Counted from the first letter of the stretch, positions 25,139 through 38,730 are shown. The stretch is DNA of 64,000 nucleotides from Utricularia gibba (GCA_002189035.1 NEEC01000004.1:3844001-3908000), one strand, 5' to 3'. Numbers and translations: made by a program. Notes: generated by a model from the letters alone, not told the origin.

Positions 25139-27118
25139 TCTTCTCCACTGCGGTCAGTGCTTGGAAATTTCTATGACTATTATGTTTGGGGTAAGAATAG
25201 ATAGATATAATCATGTTTACCTGTTTTCAACTTAGTATGAAATCATTAATCCTGATTTCATGATCACAAACCACTTTTTGAGTCAAAATTCATTTCAGAA
25301 CTCATTTCTCAACCTAACATGCCAATTGTTCAACTTCCATGTGCAAAAATACAAGGTAGATAGTAGGTTTAGGTTATAGGGCTTAGCAAGCATTTGACAA
25401 TTGGACCAATGGCCACACAATTTACTTACAAGTGTAATGATCCTATTACCTAAGATAACCAACATTATTAGTGTTTTTACCCAATTGGCCCCAACTGTCA
25501 AAATGTTCTTGGTGAACCCTAAACCACCAAGGTTAAAACCTAACAGCTATTATTAGTGCTGTCTTAAAGGTGATGCATTGACCTTAATACAACAATCATA
25601 TCTCTAGCATTTGGAACCTACCTTGGTTGTAGCATGGCCTCACTCATCACTTCCCCTTGCGTTTCTGGTATATTCAGATCAGGCATCATCATCAATAGGT
25701 CACGCCAAATAAATGTTTTTTCTTAAATCTCTCCATGACACTACATTGTCTCCTGACCCATCCATCATCCAAATTATTTTTGACTTTTGGTTGAACCTTT
25801 TTTATAATGGATTGAATAAAGTTGAATTTATTCAAACTATTATTAAAATATATTACAAAAAACAAAAATAATCATCAAAGTTTAATGTTTTTTTAATTTT
25901 TCAATTTTTTAATTTTCTTATAAAAAAGTATTAAACTCAAATCCAAAAAAATGTATTCAACCCATAAATCGATTTTTTTTCAATTTTTTTTGTTAATTTA
26001 TGTATCATACTAGAAAAGCATCACGATATTTTTGGCTAATCTATCGATTAAACATATTTGACTCGTTGATTAAAATGCCGATTTTTGTGTACTTTCATGT
26101 AATTGGTGTTGTTTTAGTCAGTTGTTGTTGGAATGCATACCCCCATCCCATATCAACAACATATTTTTGAGTTAAGGTAGTTTTGAAGGTACTCAATTGT
26201 ATGTTACGGCAACGTGCAATAATCAAGCATTACTAAGTATGGTGACCGATCACCACAAACGTTGACTTTAATGCCCGTAGGCCTCTTTAGATCTAAATGT
26301 GTGTTCTGGGCACCCTGTTTTACTCCCCGTCAGTGGTTTTTTTATGGGATAATTATAGCGACATTTTTTTATTTTTTATTTACCATTGAACATATATGAT
26401 CTATAATAAAGTGTAATTTATGAATTTAAATTTAAAATATATCTTCTCAATTTGGATTGTAGTTTTAATTTATTTAAAATAAAATATTTTATTTAAAATT
26501 AAAATATATACTTGAAATGGAGGCTATAAAGTATTTAGATAAAGTTATTAGAATAAATAATTTTATATTGAAATTTAAAAATGAAATAATTAAGTATATA
26601 ATAATTTATAAATCAATAATAATGAGTTGAGTTTTATATATTTGAAATTTATGTATACTTGATCGATTCATCAGATATTTAATTTTAATATAATATTAAA
26701 AAATTTGTTTTGTGTTATTGTTTGGATGATCAAGATAGATTTATTATTAATACACGTTTAAATTAAAAAAAACTACATTAGATTTAAGCGACAAAAATTA
26801 GATATACCTACCAGATTTGCTGAATGGATTTTTGGGGATATGAATTTTAATCGTCCAACCAACTAAATCCATATCACAAGTGTTGGGTTTATTCTTTTAA
26901 CAAGCCAAGGCGCGTGTTGTGTTCTACTGCAACTGGTCGTTGGAACTTACGGAAGAAGCCTCTGGATTGTGCGCATTATGCAGGAGGCTTGGCTCATCTT
27001 GTTGTTTGTATAAACCCACGCGGTTGAGGCCTTTCAACTCTCTCTCTTTTATATATATATATACACACGAGTTCCTTGATTTTCCAACGTCTTTTTCTCA
27101 GAGGCCGGTGTGAAGTAT

Positions 27119-30100
27119 ATGAGGATCGCCGAGTCGGAAAACCGCGGCGGCGATTCGCCGGAGACTGTGCACAGCGGCGCCGACGAGGAGTTTGTGGAGG
27201 TGACGCTCGATCTCCAAGACGACGACACGATCATAGTCCGCAGTGTCGAACCCGCGGGTGTCCTGAAAATGGACGTCGAGGCGGCGTCGCTGTTTCCGCC
27301 TTCCACCTCCCGATCATCCACAATGCGGAGCAACAGAAGCGATTCCAACAACCTTATCCAGCGATTCTCCCAGGAGTTACCGCGGCGGTTCTCGTGGAGC
27401 CGCCGCCGCGACGGGTTCGATTCCGCTATCGCGGCGCGGGCGATTCGCCGGCAGCGAGCGCAATTGGACCGGACCAGATCTGGCGCACACAGAGCACTTC
27501 AGGGGCTTAAGTTCATAAGCAGTAGCCAGAGAAACGGCGTTGACGCGTGGAAAGAAGTTCAGAGCAATTTTGTGAAGCTTGCCAAGGAAGGATATCTTCA
27601 CCGCGACGATTTCGCTCGATGTATAGGTAATGAAGGATTCCGATTTCGCTCAAAACGTTTTTATCTGAATTCTCTCACCTCTTGTCCTCCCCAAGGAATG
27701 AAGGATTCCGATGAATTTGCAATGCAACTTTTCGACGCATTGTCCAGAAGACGAGGAATGCATTTCGACAGAATCGACGAAGATGAACTCCACGAATTCT
27801 GGCTACAGATCACCGACCAGAGCTTCGATTCCAGACTCCAGATCTTCTTCGACATGTAACCAATTCTTCTCCGTCCTATTGCAACACTTGGAGCAATCAA
27901 ACTGCGAAAAATGATTACTGGTTAATTGCTTCTTACCAAAGCTAATGACGTCTCAGGGTGGATAAAAACGAGGATGGGCGGATCACGGAAGAGGAAGTCA
28001 AAGAGGTAATCCACGTCCTTTCCTTTCTTGAACCGTGATTAAATTTTACACGGCATACGGTATGCGCTAAATCGATGATTAAGCACAGATTATAATGGTG
28101 AGCGCCTCCGCAAATAAACTATCAAGATTACATGAACAAGCGGAGGAGTACGCCGCTCTGATCATGGAAGAGTTGGACCCCGAGGGGCTCGGTTACATCG
28201 AGGTAACACCTTCAACCTTTTTTATATTTTTTATTCATGTCACATGTGGCTTAAAATGCTGTCAATTAAGAATAGTAACAATTAACTAATACAATATAAA
28301 GCGCACAACTGAAGTAGTTGGGAATAGACTGTGACCAATGACTATATGAGAAATGGTTGCAACTAAAATGATATTGCTTTTTTTGACTTCAGTTTGAAGA
28401 TAAAAAATTAAGGGCACGGGTAAAAATTATTGAATTTAAATGAATTATGGAATAAATATATATTTGTGATGATGTACTTGATAAATAAATTTAAGTTTAT
28501 GAAAATTATTTAAAAATAAAATTCTATGAATAAACAATTAGATTGATATTTTACTCATTTCTGAAAAAACTTATCTAAAGAATAAATTTGTGTAAACCTC
28601 TAGGTAAAGTTTTATGCGGGTTTAAAAGATACACGTGTTAAACTAGGTAAAGTTTAATTTGCTTTCAAATTTTGAGTTGGCGTTTCTCTAGAAGAATTAT
28701 GGCCGTTGAGTCAGTTATCGGAAATATATGAGTAAATTCGATCATTTTCGAGTTAAAGAAAAGTAGGTATTTATTTAATTTTCTTACTGTCACCAAATAA
28801 TTCCTAGTGCTCATTTCTCTAACCAAATAATTCTTACCTAATTCCGAGTGGTTACGAAAAGAAACACCGAAGGGAGAGGCGGTGGAGGCTTCAACCTTTA
28901 ACACCGAGGTCTATAACTAGGCAGACGGTCACAGTGGGGGTATTTTTTTTTTTTTTAAGAATAAAGCTACGAACCTAACCTGGTGCTATGAGAACAAAGC
29001 TAGTGTTGGAGCATAAAATAAGGTAATTTGGATAAAATAGTAGGGGGTTAAGTAGCAGTATTTAACTCGTAATGTGCTGTCACGAGTTGTCATGTTACAA
29101 GAAAGTCAGTCAGCATTCAGTTGCCTTAGAAGATAGGGTTCAATTATTTGAGTGATTCATTCAACCCGTGAAATTACATCTTAAAAGATAATAAATAATA
29201 GAGATGGCTAAAAATATCGCGTGTCCAGCGTCCACATCTAATTTTAATTAATTAATGCAAAGTCCGTTATGGTAACGGATTTGAACCCGGGACCTCGAAA
29301 GCCAAGTGGCTCTATCGTTTTTGCACTATGGTATGGCTCCGGCCAGTTGAGAATAGGTCATTTCGATGACTTGGAATGCATGGCACTGGTTGGAAGTTTT
29401 ATAATGCGCAGTGCCGGCTACCCAGCCTTGCCCTGAGCTACAGTTAGGTAAACAATGGAGGAGAGCATTAGCACAACCAAAACGCGTGACCCAACTCTCT
29501 CCCATGCCTTCTTGATTTTATTATGTGTGTGGAATGCATTCACGTCACAAAACACTTGTCCTCGGTTGCGGATACATTTGAATACTCGGCGAGGAGCATA
29601 GCTTGGTTTATATTTCGTATATATTTGTCGTGAGAAGTGAAACTGAAGAATTATGTGAAAATTATATACTTGATGTTGTAAACAATGCTGCAGCTATGGC
29701 ACCTGGAAAGCCTTCTACTTCAAAAAGACACATACTTGAACTATAGCCAAGCGCTGACTTACACTAGCCAGGCCCTAAGCCAGAGCTTCTACGGCTTCAA
29801 ATACAGAGGACCCATCACTAGGATTGGTAACAGATTGCTCTATTTCTTCGAGGAAAATTGGAAGAGACTTTGGGTGATTACACTGTGGATCATAGCAATG
29901 GTTTCTCTTTTCACATGGAAATTCATCGAGTACAAGCACAAGGATGAGTTCAAAGTCATGGGCTATTGCCTTCCCACTGCAAAAGGAGCTGCTGAAACTT
30001 TGAAGCTCAATATGGCTCTCATTTTGCTTCCAGTATGTCGAAATACTATCACTTGGTTGAGATCATCCCGGCTTGGTCAGTTCGTCCCCCTCGATGACAA

Positions 30101-32261
30101 CATCAACTTTCACAAGGTATGTAGCCATAGTTATTTGTTAGTAATGTTTAACCATCCATACGTACCGTTGATACAATGCTACACTTGGACAGATGATTGC
30201 AGGTGCAGTCGTCATTGGTGTGATACTCCATGCTGGTGATCATCTTGCTTGTGACTTCCCGAGGTTGATCAATGAATCAAATCCTACTTACAACCTTTAC
30301 ATGATTGATGACTTTGGATCTCATAAACCTACATATTTGGAGTTGGTTAAAGGAATCCCCGGGGTGACCGGAATTCTAATGGTGGCCTTAATGATCACTG
30401 GTTTCATATTAGCCACAAGGTGGCTGAGGCTAAGCTTAATTAAATTGCCTAAGCCATTCGATAGAGTGATGGGTTACAATGCCTTTTGGTACTCTCATCA
30501 TCTGTTCATCTTGGTTTACATCTTGCTTGTGATCCATGGCACCTTTCTTTATCTCGTCCATGAATGGTATAGAAAAACGGTACGTGTAAAAACACTATAT
30601 AGACGAATCTAGTGATAGCCTTATTATCTTCTTCCTTATCATTGCAGACTTGGATGTATCTTGCTGTCCCTATGATTATATATGCAGGAGAAAGAACATT
30701 TAGATTTGTTCGAGCAGGCTTAAGCAGCGTCCGCCTTTTGAAGGTGCACATTGCAAATGACTTTAAGTTTGTTTCGTCTTTATTGGTCGCCACTCATCTT
30801 GTAAATGCAGCCCATACACATGCATGCACGCATATGCTCAAATTATGTGCCTGTTGTTGTAACAACATCAATTATTAGTATTTTTTTTCTCTATTAGTTA
30901 AACACGAGCTTTTTGATTATTTTAGGTGGTGATATACCCCGGAAATGTTCTCTCAATACATATGACGAAGCCTCCACAATTTAAGTTCAAGAGCGGGCAA
31001 TACATCTTTGTTCAGTGTCCATCTATTTCTCCATTTGAGTGGTGAGAAAAAGTTACAGGCATACTACAACAGATGAAGGCAACGACTAACAGCAACTTTT
31101 AATGTGACTATATAGGCATCCTTTTTCGATTTCCTCTGCACCTGATGACGACTATTTGAGCATTCACATACGGCAATTAGGGGACTGGACACAAGAACTG
31201 AAGAGAGTGTTTTCTGAGGCTTGTAACCCTCCTGAAGGGGGAAAAAGTGGTCTACTTCGAGCAGATGAAACTACTCAGACAAGGTAACATATTCTGTTTC
31301 AATAAGCTGAATAAATCTAATATGATGTAGCATGCCGAAGCTCATTGTTTAGTTGCTTTGTTTATGTGGGTTGTAGCATGCCAAAGCTGTTGATAGATGG
31401 CCCTTATGGAGCTCCATCGCAAGAGTACAACAAATACGATGTTCTTCTACTTGCTGGACTCGGCATCGGAGCAACTCCCTTTGTCAGCATTCTGAAGGAT
31501 TTGCTCAATAGCATTCTGAAAATGGGAGAGCTGGCGGTAATGCCCTTCATTACCATATGTTCATTCATAAATATTAAAGCTTTGTCAACTTTTCAGGATT
31601 CTACCTCGGATTTCAGCAGAAATTCAGAACAGAGCATCCAAAAGAAAACAATTAGGACCACAAATGCTTACTTCTATTGGGTCACCAGGGAGCAAGGCTC
31701 GTTTGATTGGTTCAAGGGCATAATGGATGAAATCTCCGAACTTGATCAGCAGGTACTTCTTTCGAAACCCAAATTCAAACTCAACCCCAACCAACTAACC
31801 CATTGATACTCACTAGATCCAATCTCTGTCTTTAGGGAGTCATAGAGATGCACAACTACTTAACTAGTGTTTACGAAGAAGGTGATGCTCGCTCATTGCT
31901 CATAACCATGGTTCAGGCACTCAACCACGCCAAACATGGGATCGATGTCGTATCAGGCACAAGAGTAAGTTGCAGTCCTTATCACCGTATGATGAGTACC
32001 TGGGTTTAAAAAAATATGAAGTTTTGGGGACAATGTGAGATCAGTACGTGTGGTGTGTGACTCTTTCAGGTTAGAACACACTTCGGGAGGCCGAATTGGA
32101 GAAAGGTGATCTCCAAAATTGCCACAAAACATGCCAACGCAAGAGTAGGTGTCTTCTACTGCGGTGCGCCTGTTCTAGCTAAGGAACTCAGTCGTCTTTG
32201 CCATGAATATAACCAAAAGGGATCCACCAAATTCGAGTTTCGTAAGGAGCATTTTTCTTGA
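27119..32261 (+). CDS. RBOH: Respiratory burst oxidase homolog (RBOHF/RBOHA-like NADPH oxidase), 885 aa, 13 exons
   Basis: Exons 27119-27626, 27696-27855, 27957-28005, 28089-28202, 29694-30116, 30193-30579, 30648-30743, 30926-31041, 31116-31283, 31377-31536, 31597-31752, 31836-31964, 32070-32261 (2658 nt, in frame). Motifs FVEVTLD, EF-hand [47 protein letters not shown]. Confidence 0.96.
29262..29345 (-). other. tRNA-like / SINE-like remnant in RBOH intron 4
   Basis: The minus strand has a perfect Pol III B-box GGTTCAAATCC (29277-29287) within GAGGTCCCGGGTTCAAATCC, and an A-box-like TAGTGCAAAAACG about 41 nt upstream. It does not fold into a full cloverleaf. Confidence 0.35.
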
Positions 32262-32394
32262 TTGAACAATAAAATGAAGATTTAGTTGTACAATTAATAG
32301 AGAAATATGTGCAATAAATAACACCAATAACTTTCATCAATTAAGTTTTCTGATTTTGAAATGTAATTATTACTTGATATTTGGTAAAAAGAAA

Positions 32395-33113
32395 GGGGTA
32401 ATTATAAAACATACCATTTATGTTTATTGATTTGTTAATTTATGTTACATGTATTTTTTAACATTTAATTTTACCACAAATATATTGCAATTTATGTCAT
32501 TTTTATATTAAATTAATATATTCATGTGTTTTTAATTTTAAATTCGTTAAAATAATATTTTTTTTGTTTATTTCTTACTTTTTAATATTGTACTTTTTTT
32601 TATTTTTCTTAATTGGTGTTTTTTATATTAATATTTTTTGTTTATGAAAATTATTGTTTTTGATTCATAATAATAACAATAATACTAATAGTTTTTTTAT
32701 GTTTTTTTGTTATTCTTACTTTTAGATTTTTGTATGGATTATTTTTTTGTTATAACATGTAATATGTACTATAAATAAATTTGTATAGCTATTGAAACTT
32801 TATTATATTTATATAAATTGGTTTTTTAATTTATTTTTGAATATGAATGTTGATTTTAAAAGATATTTGATTTATTTTTCCTCATTTTGTAAGGTTTATA
32901 TAATCTAATTTTTCTAATTTTCGTGATTTTGAAAATGTATGGCATAAATTACTAAATCAAAAAATAAGTATGGTTGATTTTGGTGTTTTTCTATAAAAAA
33001 ATAATATATATTGTAATATAAATTTGATTTGTGGTAAAATTAACTGTTCGAAAATACATGTGACATAAATTACAAAATCAATAAACATAAATGTCATGTT
33101 TTGCAGTTTACTC
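32395..33113. mobile_element. Mutator-like non-autonomous element (MULE-MITE, 719 bp)
   Basis: Imperfect TIRs of about 85-100 bp (GGGTAATTATAAAACATACCATTTATGTTTATTGATT... versus the reverse complement GAGTAAACTGCAAAACATGACATTTATGTTTATTGATT...). Flanked by the direct repeat TAAAAAGAAA at 32385-32394 and 33114-33123. Confidence 0.85.
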
Positions 33114-34198
33114 TAAAAAGAAACATGATTTATCAAACCTCTCTCCTTCATTGGTAAAACAAAATTTTATATTCATCATATTACAGATAATGTGAAAAAA
33201 TAAAGAGAGAAAACCTTTTAATATATTACATAAACTATATTGGTGTCGTCAAATATGATGACAATTGACTATACTCGATAATATTGATAGTGTACGTGAT
33301 ATTGACAAATATCATACTATTCACACTCGGTCCTATTGACATGTAACAACTTTTTGTTACACTCTATTATTTAATTATACTGTCACCGATTTAGACACTT
33401 ACTTACAATCAAACACATTTGGTACCAACCATTAAACATTTGATAAGTATTAGGAGATAGAAAGATATGTAAATTTAGCATATGATCGATGGCTATAACG
33501 TTGTCGAGCACCAACTTCGCTTGAAGTTAATACGAATAGACTGCCAACATGAGAAAAGTTTATATATAAAGGTAGTATTTTGCCTTCTTATGATTGTTGT
33601 TTCTATGTGAAACCTACTTTAAAATTCTCATCACATATTTTTTTCGATTGCAAAAATGTTAAAAGATAATGGAAAAAATTGTATTTTTAATGAGAAAATA
33701 TCTTAGTTTTGTCAGTAAAATCATAAATGTGTGTGGCAAATCTTTCACATAACACCAACACATTGCTAGACTTAGAGAACCGCAACCTTAATATTTTGTT
33801 GGTATATTTGGAATGCCAGAAGTAATAAAATTTTTAGAGATTAGTCTTTTTTATGAAATACAAAATAAACCAAGAAGAGTGCACATGTATTTAAGTGAAT
33901 GGTTTCTCAAATCATTTTTGACAATTAGGCAAAATTTTTAATATCCAACAGAAATCAATAAAAATCTAAATCTTGAAATTGAAAAAAAAATTATGAATAA
34001 TGTGATGATACATAGTAATTGTTAACTAAGCATTGCCAGATTATTTAAAATGTCGAGATGGATGTATTATTCATAATCTTTTATGGGTTATAACTAATTC
34101 AAAAAAAAATCATTCATTTAGAATTATTTTTGAAACTGAAATTAAAATACTATTTTGTACAATGACGAATTTACAAGTGGAGAAGCACCATCTCACTC

Positions 34199-36233
34199 TC
34201 ACTCTGTTGTTGAGACAAAAGCGAACCACTGAACTTGCGGGTTATCGGAGCATCTTGGAAAATCTATGAGCTGAGGATCCATACACAAGCATTTCCGGGT
34301 CATGATTATGGATCCGGGTCCGATGTCCAAGCACAAAAACCCACCTTGGCCATCATCAGTGGCCAAATGATACCTGGATGCTGAGGCCTGCATCCACATG
34401 CTTCCAGACCCACTACTCACAGCAACTTGGGCGCCATCTCCCCTGGAAGCTAGAGACAGCGACGTCCCCGGCAGCGAGATCGCGATTTTCCCGCCGACGA
34501 TCTGACTATTCCATAGAGTCGCGGTTCTGCAGTCGTCGAGGAAGACGACTCCTCTTCTCACCGCCGCGCAACGCCCGCTCACTGGATGGAAAAGCCTCCA
34601 CCGCACAGGTCCGTACGCCACAGGGTCTAGTTTCCGATGACAAAGGAGTCATAAAACGCAGACATTCGCGTAAGAGAATGAGCGATGGACAGTGAATGGT
34701 ACCATGATTCGCATGCCGGAGAATCTCCAGCCTCGCCAAGAACTCCGGGTTTCGAAAACCATCCCAATTCGCATCCATAACACCATAGAATTCTTCCATG
34801 TTCGCCACCCCTTCTCTCCAGATGTAACTGCCTGCAAAAGATGTACAAATAGAAATCCAAACTATTGAAATTAAGGATTTCATTGATGGGATGGGTACGT
34901 ATCAAGTTTAAGAATACAATATATATGAATCACATCAAAAAAAACTTAGATTAAATTTTTTATTAATAATCTATAATTTTTTATATATTAATTATTTTAT
35001 TTTCAAATATATAGATATAGTGTTACTTGTTCCAATACAACCCCATCAAAACAAAACAAGGGAACATGTAAATTACCTTGAAAACCCCATAACGCCCAGT
35101 CGATGTCGAAAATGGCAACCGTCGCTAACAAGCAGTTGATATACCGATTCTGGACCTCGTCGGTGCCACGTTGATCCATCCCGAATTCACTCAAAAACAG
35201 TGGGAATACCCCGCCGCCGCCGGCTTGAGTTACGAATAAAGCGTTGGCGGCAAAGGAGTCCACCGCCTTGGAGCAACGAGCGTTCGTCTGAGAAAGCCAT
35301 TCATCGGCGGAGTCGCCGAAGGAGTACCAATGCGCTTCGTAGACCAACGTGTTGTCCAGATTTCCTACCCCCAGCGGCTGCGATTTCAAGAAGCTGAGGT
35401 CCGCGTCGTATCTCAGGCCGGAGACGATGACAAGAAGCTCTGGACCCTCACGGTGGACGGCCCTCGCCGCATCTGCCATGAACTTATACCAATCACGCGT
35501 GTTTTGCCATTTTCCCCGCAATTCATTTCTCAAGCTCATTCCAACAACCTGAAACCGAGAATTATTTCACTCCCATATGATCCTCATACTCCATTAATGG
35601 TTACAATACGCACCTCTAGAATGCAACCCCAGTTTGCAGTGTTTTACGTACCGCAGGATGGTCGTGGTACGCCCTAGCAACCATGATGAGTCCCTGGATC
35701 CATTCCATAGGGTGGAAAAATTGGTCCCCGAAGAATCCATTGCCATCGTCCCAGCCGCAGCACCACTTGGGCAGGCTCACATGGTTGTCCAGAACCACCA
35801 TTACACCCTTGCTGCCAAGCTCGTCCAACAGCGCTCCATGCGCATCCACCACAGTCTTCTGTAATAAACCAGGGTTGTTCGCCGCCACACCCGCAACGGC
35901 ATCGGCTAGCTGAAGTTTATTCAGGCTTTGAGACACCGTGAGGCCGCCGTAATCCGGCCGCGTGTACATGAACGTCGACCACGTCAACCTAACGCAGTTG
36001 AAGCCGGCCGCGATGACCTCCCCGACTAGATCTCCGATGGGCTTCTTGTGTATCCCCTCGGGGAGCATGGGGTCCAAGTGCGCAGGCCAGTTTGCGCAGG
36101 CGAGCTTAATTCGCTTCCCCGAGTCATCGACGATGTATCGCGACGATGTGGAGAGGATGACTGCCTTGCAGAATGTAGTGATTTGGAGGAGGAGGATCAA
36201 GTAGAAGACGCCCCTTGTAGCTCTGGCTTCCAT
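34199..36233 (-). CDS. Secreted glycoside hydrolase family 5 protein with a C-terminal ricin-B-like module, 4 exons
   Basis: Exons 36233-35652, 35548-35077, 34831-34703, 34626-34199. Signal peptide, LACANWPAHL, MSLRNELRG (acid/base Glu), PLFLSEFG (nucleophile Glu), WALW, C-terminal LFHPVSGRC...LCLD...KCLC. TATAAAT at 36270-36264. Upstream in-frame ATGs at 36248/36245 are possible. Confidence 0.9.
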
Positions 36234-38730
36234 TCTTCTCCTCATCATTTCATTCTGCACGTGATTTATAAACGCTGCACTTACTTTTACTATTATTATT
36301 TAAAATTCAAATAAATTACCTGCACAATGTTACAAAAAGGGAGTCAAACATTAGCAGAATTTCGAAATGAAAAGAAAAAAAAATGTTGACTATCGACTAC
36401 TACGAGTACTATTTTACACAATAATTTCAGAAATTATGGTTTATAAGCTTAAAATATACATTTAATAAAAAATAAATATTTGATACATATATTTTACTAA
36501 ATGTGGACTTATTAAAACCCACTTATTAGAATAAACAATCCCATCTCTAAACTTGAAAATAAAATATTTAAGTAAATAAAAGATTATAAATTATTAATAA
36601 TAAATTTAATTTAATTTTTTCTAATGTAATATATGTTTTTTATATATTTGGTTTTTACATGTATTCGTCTAATCCATTGGATTCTTCAGTATATTAGAAA
36701 TTTTCAAATACCATGAATCTGTGTTTATGTCATAACTTCAAAACTGCTTATTGATTCTTATCTCCTAAAGGACATTGTAATTTCTCCGCTTAGGGTTGAT
36801 ATAATTCGCACAACGTGAGTAAACAATCTCAATAACATTAATGTAATATAACATTAGAATGAGGGGAGTATATGCGATTTTTTTGTATTATTTATTCAGG
36901 AACCTCTATTTTTAAACATTAATATCAAATACATGCATTTAATAAACCCAAATAATTAATATTTAGAAATAATTGTTTCACAGCTAATCTATATCTAAAT
37001 ATTTTAAATCTTAGTTGACTACCAAAAGTGCAGAGTATTATAAGGAAGGTTGCAACTGGAGCTGGTCCCATAGACTAGTATTTATGTTATCATGAAAATG
37101 TCGTTATTATTTAGTGAAAGAATATTTTCCACCTTTTGTCTTCGAAAACACCTTTGCATTCATCTGACAGTGTGATAAGAGGGATTCGAATGCCTATTAT
37201 TACAGATGATAGTTTTATAAGTGCATATAAAACGTTAAATTAATAGATAAAAATCATTTCTATGGGAATTTATAAAATTTAACTTTTTTTAAAGCAAAGG
37301 ATAATAAAATAAAAAAATGGGTTTAAAATAATATAAAATAATGATCTTAAATCAATGTTACATCAATATAGAGGTTTGCTCGTGTATATGTAAATCTCAT
37401 GAATTGATTCGTTTGCACAATTTATGTGAGTGTTATTCTAAAATATTAATACTCAATAATTTTATATTATGGTATCTCATTTGATAATTTTATAGAATTA
37501 ACTATGACACCCGATGCATTTCATCTCTTTTAGTAAATCATGTTTTTTTAATATTTGATTCTAGTTTATACCCTACTAATTAAATATATCTAAAAAATAA
37601 TATCTAAGTAAGTACTTCTTGTACTTAAGACAATCTTGAATTTTTATACATAATCTTAGAATCTAATGGTAATCAAGAACATGTTGTAAGAAGAATATTA
37701 TATAAAACAAAATTAAAAACTACAAATTAAATATTAAAGAACATAATAAATCATCATACTCATGAAGACTTGCATAATCACAACTTATTCAAAGATCTAT
37801 AGCCACCAACGTATACTCAATTTTGAAACACAAAAATATTAAATACTAAAACCATATTAAATTATAGAATGCAGAACTCGATTTCAAGACTTTAGACTCC
37901 TGAAAAACATGGTGGTCAAGTACTTTTATAGAGAAAAAGATTTAAATCTTATGTTAGAATTTTTTGACGAACTTCTATCAAATGTTGTATCTAAATCTTT
38001 TAAGATTTTATTTCAAATATTTGAGGGAGTTTTAAATTTTGGATCAAATGCTTATTCTTAGACACTATTGGTTTAACTTTGTCCACATTCAGATCCATCC
38101 CATTTGAACCATGATACTTCTCTATTTAGGTCATAATTACCCAAAAAGATTATACAATTCATTTTTCTTCTAAAAAGATGATATTAATGCAAAACATGTA
38201 AAAAATACATGAAAAAGTAAACAGAAATGTAAAACATCCTAAAATAACTATGAAAAATATAATAACTAATAAAAAGTCATTAATCAATTATCTTATTTAA
38301 AATTAAGTTATATGATTTAAGAAGGACGAGATTTGTAAATTTAGAATTGAAATTATTTGAGAAATTAGTTATGAGTTCAGATTGTCGTTTCAAAGTATCT
38401 CAACATGCATACGAGTTTTTAAATAAAATATTGCATCCTGGTTGGTTTTTCATAAGTATGCGTATAATGTTTAAAATTGCATAAACTCAATCTCAAATGA
38501 AATTGTCTGCTTAGAATAAAAACTTTTATTTATACTTATTAAGATTATTCAAACTACCTACCAAAAACAGTGCCTAAATGATTTATATAATTAGTTTATA
38601 ATATGGTTTACTGGTTTTAGTAACCCATCGTACGATTCTTGTCATTTTGTGCACTCTTGCCTTCCTTGCTCGCTACTCACTCATTTACCGACGAAGAAGC
38701 TTCAGCTTCGTGATTGAAGAATCATACTCG

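Noticed and set aside
34378-36314. Plus-strand ORFs (34378-34695, 35330-35677, 35962-36204 and others) opposite GH5
   Set aside because: Antisense shadows of GC-rich GH5 exons.
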